63,616 nt of DNA from a virus. Lineage: Duplodnaviria > Caudoviricetes. Of this stretch, positions 49,298 to 58,667 are shown in pieces. The stretch spans positions 1-63,616 of IMG/VR virus record IMGVR_UViG_3300011114_000226; one strand, given 5' to 3'. The notes beneath the pieces are model-generated. The model had not been told where the DNA came from. It did not search any database and saw only the letters and a program-made list of their open reading frames with translations. The translations under genes were made by a program, and so were the position numbers. Every line of letters starts with the position of its first letter. Position 1 is the stretch's first letter.

Positions 49298-51829
49298 ATG
49301 GCAATTAATATGGATAAAAGTTTATCACAAGCTCCTCAAGGTATAGAAGAGTTAGCAGCAGGCGCACCCGACTTAAGTATTGAGATTGAAAATCCTGACA
49401 GTGTAACTCTGGATGACGGTAGTATGGAAATTACAATCGTTCCTGGTAAAGAAGTAGGCGACGATGAATTCAATGCTAACTTAGCAGAAGAACTTGATGA
49501 AGGCACGTTAACAGAATTATCTGGAGATTTAATTGGCGAGTATGATTCTGATATCTCATCTAGAAAAGATTGGTTAACTACTTATGTAGATGGTTTAGAA
49601 TTACTTGGATTAAAAGTAGAAGAACGAACAGAACCATGGGCAGGTGCGTGTAACGTTTATCATCCACTGATGACAGAAGCACTTGTGAAATTCCAAGCAG
49701 AAACCATGATGGAAACATTTCCAGCGGCAGGTCCAGTCAAAACACAAATCGTAGGTAAACAAACAAAAGAAAAAGAAGACGCAGCTGAACGTGTTAAAGA
49801 TGACATGAACTATCAGTTGACTGACATGATGCCTGAGTACAGACCTGAACATGAACGTATGTTATGGGGACTAGGTTTAGCAGGTAATGCGTTTAAAAAA
49901 GTATACTACGATCCATCGTTCGAAAGACAAGTAGCTATGTATGTTCCTGCAGAGGACATGGTGGTTCCATACGGTGCATCTAATTTAGAAACAGCAGAAC
50001 GTGTCACACACGTCATGCGTAAGACAAAGAACGAATTAAGAAAATTACAAGTAGCAGGATTTTATCGTGATGTAGATTTAGGTGAACCGTTCTTAGATAT
50101 TGATGAAGCTGAGAAAAAGATTGCTGAGAAATTAGGTTTCAATCCTACAGAAGATGACCGCTACAAAATACTTGAGATGCATGTCTTAAGAGATATTCCA
50201 GAGCTTAGCGATAGTGAAGATGGCATAGCCCTTCCGTATGTTATTACAATTGAAAAGGGAACAGGCACAATACTCTCTATTCGCCGTAACTGGAACCCAA
50301 CTGATAACAGAAAATTAAAACGTCAACACTTTGTTCATTATGGATACATACCGGGCTTTGGTTTTTATTGTTTTGGTTTAATTCATTTGATAGGTGCTTT
50401 CGCCAAATCAGGTACTATGATCTTACGTCAACTTGTTGACGCGGGTACCCTATCAAACTTACCAGGCGGTATGAAGTCAAGAGGACTTCGTATCAAAGGA
50501 GATGATACTCCGATTGCACCAGGCGAATGGCGTGACGTTGATGTACCAAGCGGTGCTATCCGTGACAACATTTTACCGTTACCATATAAAGAGCCTTCAC
50601 AAGTACTTAATCAATTGATGAATCAAATCATCGAAGAAGGACGCCGCTTCGCTTCAGCAGCAGATATGAAAGTATCTGATATGAGTGCAAACTCTCCAGT
50701 AGGTACAACTCTAGCTATATTAGAAAGAACATTAAAAGTGATGTCAGCTGTACAAGCTCGTATTCACTATGCAATGAAACAAGAGTTTAAATTATTAGCT
50801 GGCATTATTCGCGATTACACACCACCAGAATATAACTACGAACCAGAAATTGGTGATAGACGTGCTAAACAATCTGATTATGATTGCTGTGAAGTTATTC
50901 CTGTATCAGATCCAAACGCGGCAACAATGTCTCAAAAGGTTGTGCAATATCAAGCTGTTATGCAAATGGCACAAGCTAATCCACAAATCTATGATCAAGT
51001 AGAATTGAATCGTCAGATGTTAGAAGTACTAGGTGTTAAGAATATTGGAAAACTTATTCCTAATGCAGACGACAAGAAACCTAAAGATCCCGTATCTGAA
51101 AATATGGATATTATTAATGGTAAACCTACTAAAGCATTTATCTATCAAGATCATCAAGCTCACTTAGCAGTTCATATGGCAGCTATGCAAGATCCTAAGT
51201 TAATGCAAATGATGAGTCAAAACCCAATGGCTCAACAAATGCAAGCCGCGGCATTAGCACATATTAACGAACATATTGCGTTTGAATATAGAAAACAAAT
51301 TGAAGAACAATTAGGTGCAGAGCTACCAAAACCGGGCGAAAACTTACCGGAAGATGTTGAACTAGAATTATCTAGATTAACTGCAGCAGCAGCACAAAAA
51401 CTTCTAGCTAAAGATCAAGCAGAAATGCAACAACAACAAGCGCAACAACAACAGCAAGATCCTTTAGTTCAAATGCAACAACAAGAGTTACAACTTAAAG
51501 CTCAAGACTTACAAATTAAAGCTCAAAAAACTCAAGCAGATATTCAACTTGATCAAGCTAAACTTGAACTTGAAAAAGAAAAACTTGCTTCTCATGAAAG
51601 ACTTGAAGGTATTAAAGTTGGATCTAAAACAACGCTAGATAAGAATAGACTTGAAGGAGAACAACTAATACAAGGTGCCCGTTTAGGTATGGACGCAGAG
51701 TTTAAAAAACAAGAACATAGCCATAGAGAAAAAGAAACAGCTATTAATGCGGTCGATCGCTTAATGGAACATAAACATAAAGTAGATGATAGAAATCTAA
51801 CAAAGGAACAAACACAACCTAAGGAGTAA
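49298..51829 (+). CDS. Portal protein (P22-like, with Gln-rich barrel)
   Basis: 843 aa immediately after TerL; GNAFKKVYYD; C-terminal QQQ coiled coil. Confidence 0.85.
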   Translation: MAINMDKSLSQAPQGIEELAAGAPDLSIEIENPDSVTLDDGSMEITIVPGKEVGDDEFNANLAEELDEGTLTELSGDLIGEYDSDISSRKDWLTTYVDGLELLGLKVEERTEPWAGACNVYHPLMTEALVKFQAETMMETFPAAGPVKTQIVGKQTKEKEDAAERVKDDMNYQLTDMMPEYRPEHERMLWGLGLAGNAFKKVYYDPSFERQVAMYVPAEDMVVPYGASNLETAERVTHVMRKTKNELRKLQVAGFYRDVDLGEPFLDIDEAEKKIAEKLGFNPTEDDRYKILEMHVLRDIPELSDSEDGIALPYVITIEKGTGTILSIRRNWNPTDNRKLKRQHFVHYGYIPGFGFYCFGLIHLIGAFAKSGTMILRQLVDAGTLSNLPGGMKSRGLRIKGDDTPIAPGEWRDVDVPSGAIRDNILPLPYKEPSQVLNQLMNQIIEEGRRFASAADMKVSDMSANSPVGTTLAILERTLKVMSAVQARIHYAMKQEFKLLAGIIRDYTPPEYNYEPEIGDRRAKQSDYDCCEVIPVSDPNAATMSQKVVQYQAVMQMAQANPQIYDQVELNRQMLEVLGVKNIGKLIPNADDKKPKDPVSENMDIINGKPTKAFIYQDHQAHLAVHMAAMQDPKLMQMMSQNPMAQQMQAAALAHINEHIAFEYRKQIEEQLGAELPKPGENLPEDVELELSRLTAAAAQKLLAKDQAEMQQQQAQQQQQDPLVQMQQQELQLKAQDLQIKAQKTQADIQLDQAKLELEKEKLASHERLEGIKVGSKTTLDKNRLEGEQLIQGARLGMDAEFKKQEHSHREKETAINAVDRLMEHKHKVDDRNLTKEQTQPKE

Positions 51830-51832
51830 CAC

Positions 51833-52027
51833 ATGGACCAAACGCTAGAGCTATTATTGTCTCGAATAGATGATCAGCGCAAAACAGTTTTAAATAATTT
51901 AGGAGACGGAGCGGCAAAAGATTTTGCTTCGTACCAAAATATGACCGGATATATTCGAGGTTTATCCGTAGCAGAAAGTTTGATTAAAGACCTCGCACAA
52001 AGAATGGAGACGTTTGAAGATGAGTGA
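51833..52027 (+). CDS. Hypothetical protein
   Basis: AAGGAG RBS; lies between portal and GroES-like gene. Confidence 0.6.
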   Translation: MDQTLELLLSRIDDQRKTVLNNLGDGAAKDFASYQNMTGYIRGLSVAESLIKDLAQRMETFEDE

Positions 52028-52466
52028 ACAAATCCTTACGATGAATAAGAACTTGGTTGATGCTAATGGCAGACCAATTATTATTCCAACAGTAAATGAA
52101 GTAGATGCAGAAGATATACCAATTGAAGAAAGAGGTTTACAACTTCCAGACCCAAAAGGCTATAGAATTTTGTGTGCAATTCCAGAAGCAGAAGAAACCT
52201 ATAAAGGCGGTATTGTTAAAGCAGCCGGTGCTAAATCTATAGAAGAACATTCGACTGTAGTTTTATTTGTAGTAAAAGTAGGCGACTTAGCTTATAAAGA
52301 TGAAGTCAGATTTCCTACAGGTCCATGGTGTAAAGAAGGTGATTTTGTTTTAACGCGTGCATACGCGGGTACTAGATTTAAAATTCACGGAAGAGAATTC
52401 CGCATTATTAACGACGATACAGTTGAGGGGGTTGTTGAAGATCCTCGCGGCTACACTCGCGCATAA
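52020..52466 (+). CDS. GroES-like co-chaperonin
   Basis: P.GYRIL...GGIV...VVKVGDLAY...EGDFV...YAG.RF...EFRIINDD.V.GVV. Confidence 0.8.
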   Translation: MSEQILTMNKNLVDANGRPIIIPTVNEVDAEDIPIEERGLQLPDPKGYRILCAIPEAEETYKGGIVKAAGAKSIEEHSTVVLFVVKVGDLAYKDEVRFPTGPWCKEGDFVLTRAYAGTRFKIHGREFRIINDDTVEGVVEDPRGYTRA

Positions 52467-52476
52467 GGAGTAATAT

Positions 52477-53499
52477 ATGGCTGACGTAAAAGATGGAGAT
52501 ATTGTTTTTGAATATCCAGATGATGACGAAATACCAGGTAATAAGTTTCCTGATGAAAAAGAAGTTTCTATTAAAACTGAAAAAAATGAAGTTAAGATAG
52601 AAACAAAAGCAGACGATATTGATCTTGAAATCGAAGACGATACCCCAGCGGCTGATAAAGGTAAAGAACCTTTACCTAAAGATAAAGTAGAAGAATTAGA
52701 AAATGACACTTTAGAAGATTATTCTGACCGTGTTAAACAAAGAATGGCGCAGCTTAAAAAAGTTTGGCATGACGAAAGACGTGCTAAAGAATCAGCTGAC
52801 CGAGAACGCCAAGAAGCAATTAAATTTGCTCAACAAATTGCTGAAGAAAATAGGAAACTTAAAACTACTTTAAGTAGTGGTGAAGAGACTTATCTACATA
52901 CATTAAAAGGTGCGTTAGAACAGCAATTACATTCAGCTAAACGAGACTATCGTGAAGCCTATGATTTAGGTGATTCTGAAAAGATTATTGAAGCGCAACA
53001 AAAAATGAATGATGCGCAATTTAGACTGTCAGAAGCGCAAAGATATACCCCTCAATATAAAAACACTTTACAAGAGGATGAAAAAGAGGTATATATACAG
53101 GAAAACAGACCTCAAGCACCAAAACCAGACAATAAAGCACTTGCTTGGCAAGATAAAAATGATTGGTTTGGTAAAGACGAAGAAATGACAAGTCTTGCTT
53201 TAGGTGTACATGAAAAATTAGTTAGAAATGGTATAGATCCCACATCTGACGAATATTACCGTCGTATAGATAGTACGATGCAGAAACGATTCCCAGAATA
53301 CTATGGGGATGCAACGCTAGACGAGGACCAACCCGCCCAGCGCACAAAACCTTCGAATGTAGTTGCTCCGGCAACGCGTAGCACCGCGCCAAAAAAAGTG
53401 CGTCTGACGAAGACACAAGTAGCGTTAGCCAAGAAATTTGGTCTAACACCGGAACAATATGCAAGAGAAACTTTAAAATTGGAGAATGCAAATGGATAA
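52477..53499 (+). CDS. Capsid scaffolding protein
   Basis: Acidic coiled coil; C-terminal LTKTQVALAKKFGLTPEQYA; gene position. Confidence 0.7.
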   Translation: MADVKDGDIVFEYPDDDEIPGNKFPDEKEVSIKTEKNEVKIETKADDIDLEIEDDTPAADKGKEPLPKDKVEELENDTLEDYSDRVKQRMAQLKKVWHDERRAKESADRERQEAIKFAQQIAEENRKLKTTLSSGEETYLHTLKGALEQQLHSAKRDYREAYDLGDSEKIIEAQQKMNDAQFRLSEAQRYTPQYKNTLQEDEKEVYIQENRPQAPKPDNKALAWQDKNDWFGKDEEMTSLALGVHEKLVRNGIDPTSDEYYRRIDSTMQKRFPEYYGDATLDEDQPAQRTKPSNVVAPATRSTAPKKVRLTKTQVALAKKFGLTPEQYARETLKLENANG

Positions 53500-53944
53500 T
53501 ACAAACAGACAAGATCGTGAATTACAAACAAGAGAAGAATTTCAAAGACCTGATAGCTGGAAACCTGCATCATTATTGCCTGAATTTAAAAAGGTACCTG
53601 GTTGGGCTTATCGATGGATTAGAACAAGTCTTCTTAACGACGCTGATAATCTAAATGTTTCTTCAAAAATGCGTGAAGGATGGGAACCCGTTAAATTAGC
53701 GGACCACCCTGAAATGAGAATAATGGTTGACCAAAATTCCCGTTTTAAAGACGGCGTTGAAATTGGTGGACTATTATTATGCAAGATCCCAGAAGAGTTT
53801 GTTGCACAACGTAAGGCTTATTATGAGACAAAATCAAAACAACAAGCCGATGCAGTTGACAACAGCTTTATGAAACAGAATGATCCTCGTATGCCTCTCT
53901 TCGCAGAGTCAAAAGCAACGACTTCATTCGGTAAAGGTAAATAA
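53486..53944 (+). CDS. Conserved head-module protein
   Basis: GWAYRWIR...REGWEPV...GGLLLCKIP. Confidence 0.6.
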   Translation: MQMDNTNRQDRELQTREEFQRPDSWKPASLLPEFKKVPGWAYRWIRTSLLNDADNLNVSSKMREGWEPVKLADHPEMRIMVDQNSRFKDGVEIGGLLLCKIPEEFVAQRKAYYETKSKQQADAVDNSFMKQNDPRMPLFAESKATTSFGKGK

Positions 53945-53967
53945 TATAAACATTTAAGGAGATTAAA

Positions 53968-54591
53968 ATGGCATATCCAACCATTAACAGTCCTTATGGT
54001 TTTGAACCAATTAATCGTTATGACGGTATTGCGTACGCTGGGGCAACTTTACAGATCCCAATTGCGTCAAGTTACAATACTGCAATTTATAACGGTTCTT
54101 CAGTCAAAATCGTAGCGGGCGGCACAATTGAATTATCAGCAGCTACAACTTCCGGCACTATTATCGGTGTTGCAACTGGCTTTCAATACACTAATTCATC
54201 TGGTCAAACAGTTCAAGCTCAATACTACCCAGGTACTAGCGTTACTAATGCTATTGCTTATGTAGTTGTTGATGCATCAGCTGAATTTAAAGTAGCATTA
54301 ACAGTTTCAGGCGCTCCTACAGTAGTAGTTGGTGCTAATGCAACTATTGTTGGTACAAACTTAGCTGAAATTCAAAACGGTACTGGCTCAGCAACAACAG
54401 GTAATTCACAAGCATCATGTGTTATTCCTAGTACTGGTGCGGGCTCAGCAACAACATTACCATGGAGAGTAGTTGCAGTAGTTCCAGACACAGCTTATTT
54501 GTCAGGCTCTACAGTACTTTATCCAGAAGTACTTGTTAAAATTAACAACCCACAGTTGACTGCCCTTACCGGCGTTAATTACACAGCTTAA
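53968..54591 (+). CDS. Head decoration/cement-like protein
   Basis: Beta-rich; directly upstream of the major capsid gene; strong RBS. Confidence 0.55.
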   Translation: MAYPTINSPYGFEPINRYDGIAYAGATLQIPIASSYNTAIYNGSSVKIVAGGTIELSAATTSGTIIGVATGFQYTNSSGQTVQAQYYPGTSVTNAIAYVVVDASAEFKVALTVSGAPTVVVGANATIVGTNLAEIQNGTGSATTGNSQASCVIPSTGAGSATTLPWRVVAVVPDTAYLSGSTVLYPEVLVKINNPQLTALTGVNYTA

Positions 54592-54607
54592 TTAAGGAGA
54601 AAAGAAC

Positions 54608-55522
54608 ATGGCTATTTCACGTGCACAGCTCCTAAAAGAGCTATTACCAGGACTTAACGCGCTATTCGGTTTAGAGTACAAGCGTTATGGCGAAGAACAT
54701 AAAGAAGTTTATGAAACAGAGACTTCAGAGCGTTCATTCGAAGAAGAAACAAAACTTTCAGGTTTCTCAGCAGCACCAGTCAAAAACGAAGGCACAGCAA
54801 TCGCTTATGACAATGCTCAAGAAGCTTGGACAGCTCGATACAATCATCAAACTATCGCTCTTGGCTTCAGCTTAACTGAAGAAGCTGTAGAAGATAACTT
54901 GTATGACACATTATCAGCTCGTTACACAAAGGCTTTAGCTCGCGCTATGGCTTACACAAAACAAGTTAAGGCTGCTGCAGTTCTTAATAATGGCTTCAAC
55001 ACTTCTGGTTCTTACAACGGTGGTGATGGTGTTTCATTATTTAACACAGCTCATCCTCTTGTTTCAGGTGGCACTAACAGCAACACTCAAGCAACTCCAA
55101 CAGACTTGAACGAAACAGCACTAGAAAACGCTGTTATTCAAATCGCTGCATGGACTGATGAGCGTGGTCTTTTAATCGCTGCTCAACCACGTAAGTTAAT
55201 TGTTCCACCAGGTAATCAATTCGTTGCAACTCGCTTGCTCGAAACTGAACTTCGTGTTTCAACAGCTGACAATGATATCAATGCTATTAAGAATAATGGT
55301 TCAATTCCAGAAGGTTACGCAATTAACCACTTCTTAACAGACAGCGATTCATACTTCTTAACAACTGATGTACCTAACGGCATGAAACACTTTGTGCGTA
55401 CTCCGTTATCTACTTCTATGGATGGTGACTTCGATACAGGTAACGTTCGTTACAAGGCTCGTGAGCGTTATTCATTCGGTTGGTCTGATCCTCTCGGTAT
55501 GTGGGGTTCACCAGGTGCTTAA
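54608..55522 (+). CDS. Major capsid protein
   Basis: MAISRAQLLKELLPGLNALFG, EEAVEDNLY, GDGVSLF..AHP, DFDTGNVRYKARERYSFG; followed by a terminator. Confidence 0.88.
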   Translation: MAISRAQLLKELLPGLNALFGLEYKRYGEEHKEVYETETSERSFEEETKLSGFSAAPVKNEGTAIAYDNAQEAWTARYNHQTIALGFSLTEEAVEDNLYDTLSARYTKALARAMAYTKQVKAAAVLNNGFNTSGSYNGGDGVSLFNTAHPLVSGGTNSNTQATPTDLNETALENAVIQIAAWTDERGLLIAAQPRKLIVPPGNQFVATRLLETELRVSTADNDINAIKNNGSIPEGYAINHFLTDSDSYFLTTDVPNGMKHFVRTPLSTSMDGDFDTGNVRYKARERYSFGWSDPLGMWGSPGA

Positions 55523-55545
55523 TTAGCAACTGGCTACGTACTACT

Positions 55546-55577
55546 AAGGGACCTGCTTAAAACACAGGTCCTTTTTT
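55546..55577 (+). terminator. Terminator after the major capsid gene
   Basis: GGACCTG-loop-CAGGTCC followed by TTTTTT. Confidence 0.8.
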
Positions 55578-55623
55578 CATGGTTTTCTCTATAGCACTAT
55601 TAATCGTGCGGGTCATAATACGG

Positions 55624-55644
55624 TTATACACACGGTGTGTATAA
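55624..55644. promoter_or_regulatory. Perfect 10-1-10 palindrome upstream of pqqA
   Basis: TTATACACAC-G-GTGTGTATAA, just downstream of the -10-like CATAAT at 55614-55619. Confidence 0.55.
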
Positions 55645-55662
55645 AATTTTAGGAGAACTACT

Positions 55663-55734
55663 ATGTGGACTAAACCAGCAGCTACAGAAATGAGATTTGG
55701 CTTTGAAGTAACTATGTACGTAATGAACAAGTAA
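55663..55734 (+). CDS. pqqA: Coenzyme PQQ precursor peptide PqqA, 23 aa
   Basis: MWTKPAATEMRFGFEVTMYVMNK, with the W-x-x-P N-terminus, RFGFE and the E-x3-Y core; AGGAG RBS at 55651. Confidence 0.95.
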   Translation: MWTKPAATEMRFGFEVTMYVMNK

Positions 55735-55774
55735 TGGTTATCGTAACAGACTGCTATTAATTTAGTACTGAATT

Positions 55775-55803
55775 AGGGGGCTTAATGCCCCCTTTTTCTT
55801 TTT
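55775..55803 (+). terminator. Terminator after pqqA
   Basis: AGGGGGC-TTAAT-GCCCCCT followed by a T run. Confidence 0.85.
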
Positions 55804-55850
55804 ATAACGTGCTATAATACTTGCAAATAGTGCCAATTCAGGTATTATTT

Positions 55851-55930
55851 GGGAATCCGGGTTACCCGGTTCATTAGACTGTCCCGGCAGACGCATACAA
55901 GACTAATGAGCCTAACTTTGTATGAAGGAA
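55851..55930 (+). ncRNA. Candidate pseudoknotted cis-regulatory leader RNA
   Basis: Four complementary segment pairs within 80 nt, between a putative promoter (TTGCAA-N16-TATTAT) and the RBS. Confidence 0.5.
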
Positions 55931-55937
55931 AATCAAA

Positions 55938-56519
55938 ATGGCACAAACAACATTTAGCGGACCAGTCGCGTCCCAAAACGGTTTTATCGGCGGTACAGCA
56001 ACAGATCCAATCGTAGTAACAACAGCACAAAATATCAATCAATCATATGCAACTACATCTGCAACATCAGGTGATACGCGCTTATCTTATAATAGACTAA
56101 CATTTGCAGGCGCAGGCGCAGGCGAAACATTAAGAGTTTTCTCAGTAGTAACTGCAGCACAAGGTGCAGGTCAAACAACTAATGGTTCTCATGTTTCTTT
56201 ATCAGTAAATACAGGCGGTTCAATCACAGGTGCAGCTAATGCTTTACGTGCTACTTTAGGTTTAGCAGCAGGTGTTACATCTGGTGGTACAGTTGCAGCT
56301 ATTCAAGCAGATTCTGACGTAGGTGCAGGCGCTACATTACCATCAAACGCTTCTTGGATTAGATTCACAAACAGCGGTGCAGGTACAGGCTTATCAAATC
56401 TATTTAATGTTCCAGCAGCAATGGTTGCAAATGCCGTTTCAGTATCAGCTACTAAGACAATTAAAATTGTTGACTCAACAGGCACTGCATACTACTTAAT
56501 GGTTTCAGCAGCAGCTTAA
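55938..56519 (+). CDS. Virion structural or decoration protein
   Basis: MAQTTFSGPVASQNGF N-terminus; Ala/Gly/Thr-rich. Confidence 0.6.
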   Translation: MAQTTFSGPVASQNGFIGGTATDPIVVTTAQNINQSYATTSATSGDTRLSYNRLTFAGAGAGETLRVFSVVTAAQGAGQTTNGSHVSLSVNTGGSITGAANALRATLGLAAGVTSGGTVAAIQADSDVGAGATLPSNASWIRFTNSGAGTGLSNLFNVPAAMVANAVSVSATKTIKIVDSTGTAYYLMVSAAA

Positions 56520-56522
56520 TAA

Positions 56523-56678
56523 ATGGAAATTACAAAAGAGTTTCTTTTGTCTGAGATCAAGCGTCTTGAGGCAGAGCGTAATCAAGCATCTAGTTTTGTT
56601 ACAGCTTCTCAGGGCGCCATCGATGCATATACTGCATTAGTGGAAAGATTAGACGCCAAAGAAACAAAAGGGGAATAA
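56523..56678 (+). CDS. Small coiled-coil protein, 51 aa (untracked)
   Basis: MEITKEFLLSEIKRLEAERNQ...; fills the intergenic gap. Confidence 0.6.
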   Translation: MEITKEFLLSEIKRLEAERNQASSFVTASQGAIDAYTALVERLDAKETKGE

Positions 56679-56680
56679 AT

Positions 56681-57193
56681 ATGGCAATGCAATATGATGT
56701 AAAACAAGCACACCTAAATTCTAGTGGCTATTTCGTAAACTACCCTGTACGTGTTAAAGGTCTATCATTTGCAGGAGCAGCTACTGCTGGATATGTAACT
56801 TTATTTGATACGTCTTCAACACCTGTTTCATCAAGCGTAACTTACGCACAAACAGCTAATACTGTAACAGTAACGAAAACAGCGCACGGATTAAATACAG
56901 GCGATATTATAGGGATTCACTTTTTAGCAAATTCTGGTGTTTCAGCTACTGATGGTACTTATTCTATTACTAAAACAGGCTCAGATACATTTACCCTTAC
57001 AGATATTAACTCGCGTAGTATTGCTAGCACTGCAGCCGTATATGCTGTTGGTAAATGGTTACTTACTTATGAAACTGTAGCCACTGATATATTTACCAAC
57101 GTTCCGTTCATTCCAGGTGAAGGCATAAGAGCTGAAACAGGTGTATATGCTTACATGGTTAATATGGATTCAGCGCAAATAATTTATGGCTAA
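56681..57193 (+). CDS. Virion structural protein
   Basis: VTVTKTAHGLNTGD beta-domain insert; IPGEGI motif. Confidence 0.55.
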   Translation: MAMQYDVKQAHLNSSGYFVNYPVRVKGLSFAGAATAGYVTLFDTSSTPVSSSVTYAQTANTVTVTKTAHGLNTGDIIGIHFLANSGVSATDGTYSITKTGSDTFTLTDINSRSIASTAAVYAVGKWLLTYETVATDIFTNVPFIPGEGIRAETGVYAYMVNMDSAQIIYG

Positions 57194-57449
57194 TAAGAAA
57201 AAAGGTCCTAGCTTAGCAATTGGACGCGGTGAAAAACTTCCTGTATCGAAAGGTGCAGGTCTCACGGCTAAAGGTCGTGCAAAGTATAACGCAGCTACTG
57301 GGTCAAACCTAAAGGCTCCTCAACCACAAGGTGGACCTCGTAAGAAGTCGTTTTGTGCTAGGATGTCTGGTATGCCCGGTCCTATGAAAGATGAAAAAGG
57401 TAGACCTACTCGTAAGGCTGCTTCTTTAAAAAGGTGGAATTGCAAATGA
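57186..57449 (+). CDS. Small basic conserved phage protein
   Basis: GLTAKGRAKYN...RKKSFCARM...SLKRWNC. Confidence 0.65.
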   Translation: MANKKKGPSLAIGRGEKLPVSKGAGLTAKGRAKYNAATGSNLKAPQPQGGPRKKSFCARMSGMPGPMKDEKGRPTRKAASLKRWNCK

Positions 57450-57667
57450 GTGCAGAACGTGAAGTTATAGAACACGGTGTTGAGATTAAACATATTCAAT
57501 CAGATGTGGATAGTATTATGGAAGACATGGAACAACTAAAAGCACGTCTAGATGGAATTGAAAAAACACTAGAAGAAATCAAAGGCGGTTGGAAAGTATT
57601 CATTGCTATTGCCACTATTATTTCAGGCGTTATAAGTTGGATGGTAACCCACTGGTTAGGAAAATAG
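57446..57667 (+). CDS. Coiled-coil protein with C-terminal transmembrane helix
   Basis: Heptad pattern followed by GGWKVFIAIATIISGVISW. Confidence 0.6.
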   Translation: MSAEREVIEHGVEIKHIQSDVDSIMEDMEQLKARLDGIEKTLEEIKGGWKVFIAIATIISGVISWMVTHWLGK

Positions 57668-57668
57668 T

Positions 57669-57848
57669 ATGAAAGCTTTTATAGAAAAGGTGTTTAAAAT
57701 GAAAAAACAAAAGGAATTATTAGATGAAATTACTCATTCAGAAGTTACAGAAGAAGTTACAGAAGTTGTTGTCGAAACTATCAAGCCTAGTAAAAAAGAA
57801 ACTAAAGTTGAAGTAGAAGTTCAACACACAGATACAAAGGCTGATTAA
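57669..57848 (+). CDS. Hypothetical Glu/Lys-rich protein, 59 aa (untracked)
   Basis: Open frame that fills the gap exactly. Confidence 0.5.
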   Translation: MKAFIEKVFKMKKQKELLDEITHSEVTEEVTEVVVETIKPSKKETKVEVEVQHTDTKAD

Positions 57849-58391
57849 ATGCCAAGTAAATCTAAAAAACAACATAACTTAATGGCAGCTGTAGCTAACA
57901 ATCCATCGTTTGCTAAAAAAGTTGGCATATCAAAATCAGTAGGAGAAGAGTTTATGAAAGCAGATAAAACTAAGAAGTTCGGATCAGGTGGATCACTAAA
58001 AGCAGTAGACGCAAGTGAAAATCCTGGATTATCAAAATTACCAACGGAGGCTAGAAATAAAATGGGCTACATGAAAAAAGGCGGTATGGCTAAAGCATGT
58101 GCAACAAAATCAGATGCAAAAGTAATTGCTAAAAAAGAAGTTAAAGGTCATGAATCATCGATGCATAAAATGAAAAAAGGTGGCATGATAGAAAAAGGCA
58201 CAGGCGAAAAATACGCGTCTAAAGCTGCTATGATGAAACACGAAAAGAAAGAAACCAAAGCAGAAGAAATGAAAGAACACAAAATGAAAAAAGGTGGTAT
58301 GTGTGGTTATGCTACTGGTGGTAAAGTATCTCAATTAGCAAAAGCTAACGGTATTGCTAAGCAAGGTAAAACAAAAGGCAAGATTTGCTAG
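57849..58391 (+). CDS. Lys/Met-rich basic protein with MKKGG repeats, putative internal head protein
   Basis: MPSKSKKQHNLMAAVA; MKKGG three times. Confidence 0.65.
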   Translation: MPSKSKKQHNLMAAVANNPSFAKKVGISKSVGEEFMKADKTKKFGSGGSLKAVDASENPGLSKLPTEARNKMGYMKKGGMAKACATKSDAKVIAKKEVKGHESSMHKMKKGGMIEKGTGEKYASKAAMMKHEKKETKAEEMKEHKMKKGGMCGYATGGKVSQLAKANGIAKQGKTKGKIC

Positions 58392-58400
58392 GAGAATATT

Positions 58401-58658
58401 ATGGCAGTTATTGAAAAAATTAAAAAGTTTGTTAAGGATATTACTCCACCATCAAAAGAACAAAAAGCTAAAATTGAAGAAAAGCAAATGAAGATGGAAG
58501 AAATGAAAGATCCTGAAGCCTATCGTAAAAATAAAGCTATGTATGATGTAAGTACAGAAGTTAAAAAGTTTGATGAGAACTATAAAAAAGGCGGCTCAGT
58601 TTCATCAGCTTCTAAACGCGCAGATGGCATTGCTATTCGCGGCAAAACAAGAGCATAA
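58401..58658 (+). CDS. Small basic protein
   Basis: YKKGGSV...RADGIAIRGKTRA. Confidence 0.6.
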   Translation: MAVIEKIKKFVKDITPPSKEQKAKIEEKQMKMEEMKDPEAYRKNKAMYDVSTEVKKFDENYKKGGSVSSASKRADGIAIRGKTRA

Positions 58659-58667
58659 GGAAACCCT

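Noticed and set aside
55845-56042. Cys-rich - strand ORF (MIDILCCCYY...) as a RiPP precursor
   Set aside because: Antisense to a clear structural gene and its leader; the Cys codons mirror ACA/GCA codons on the + strand
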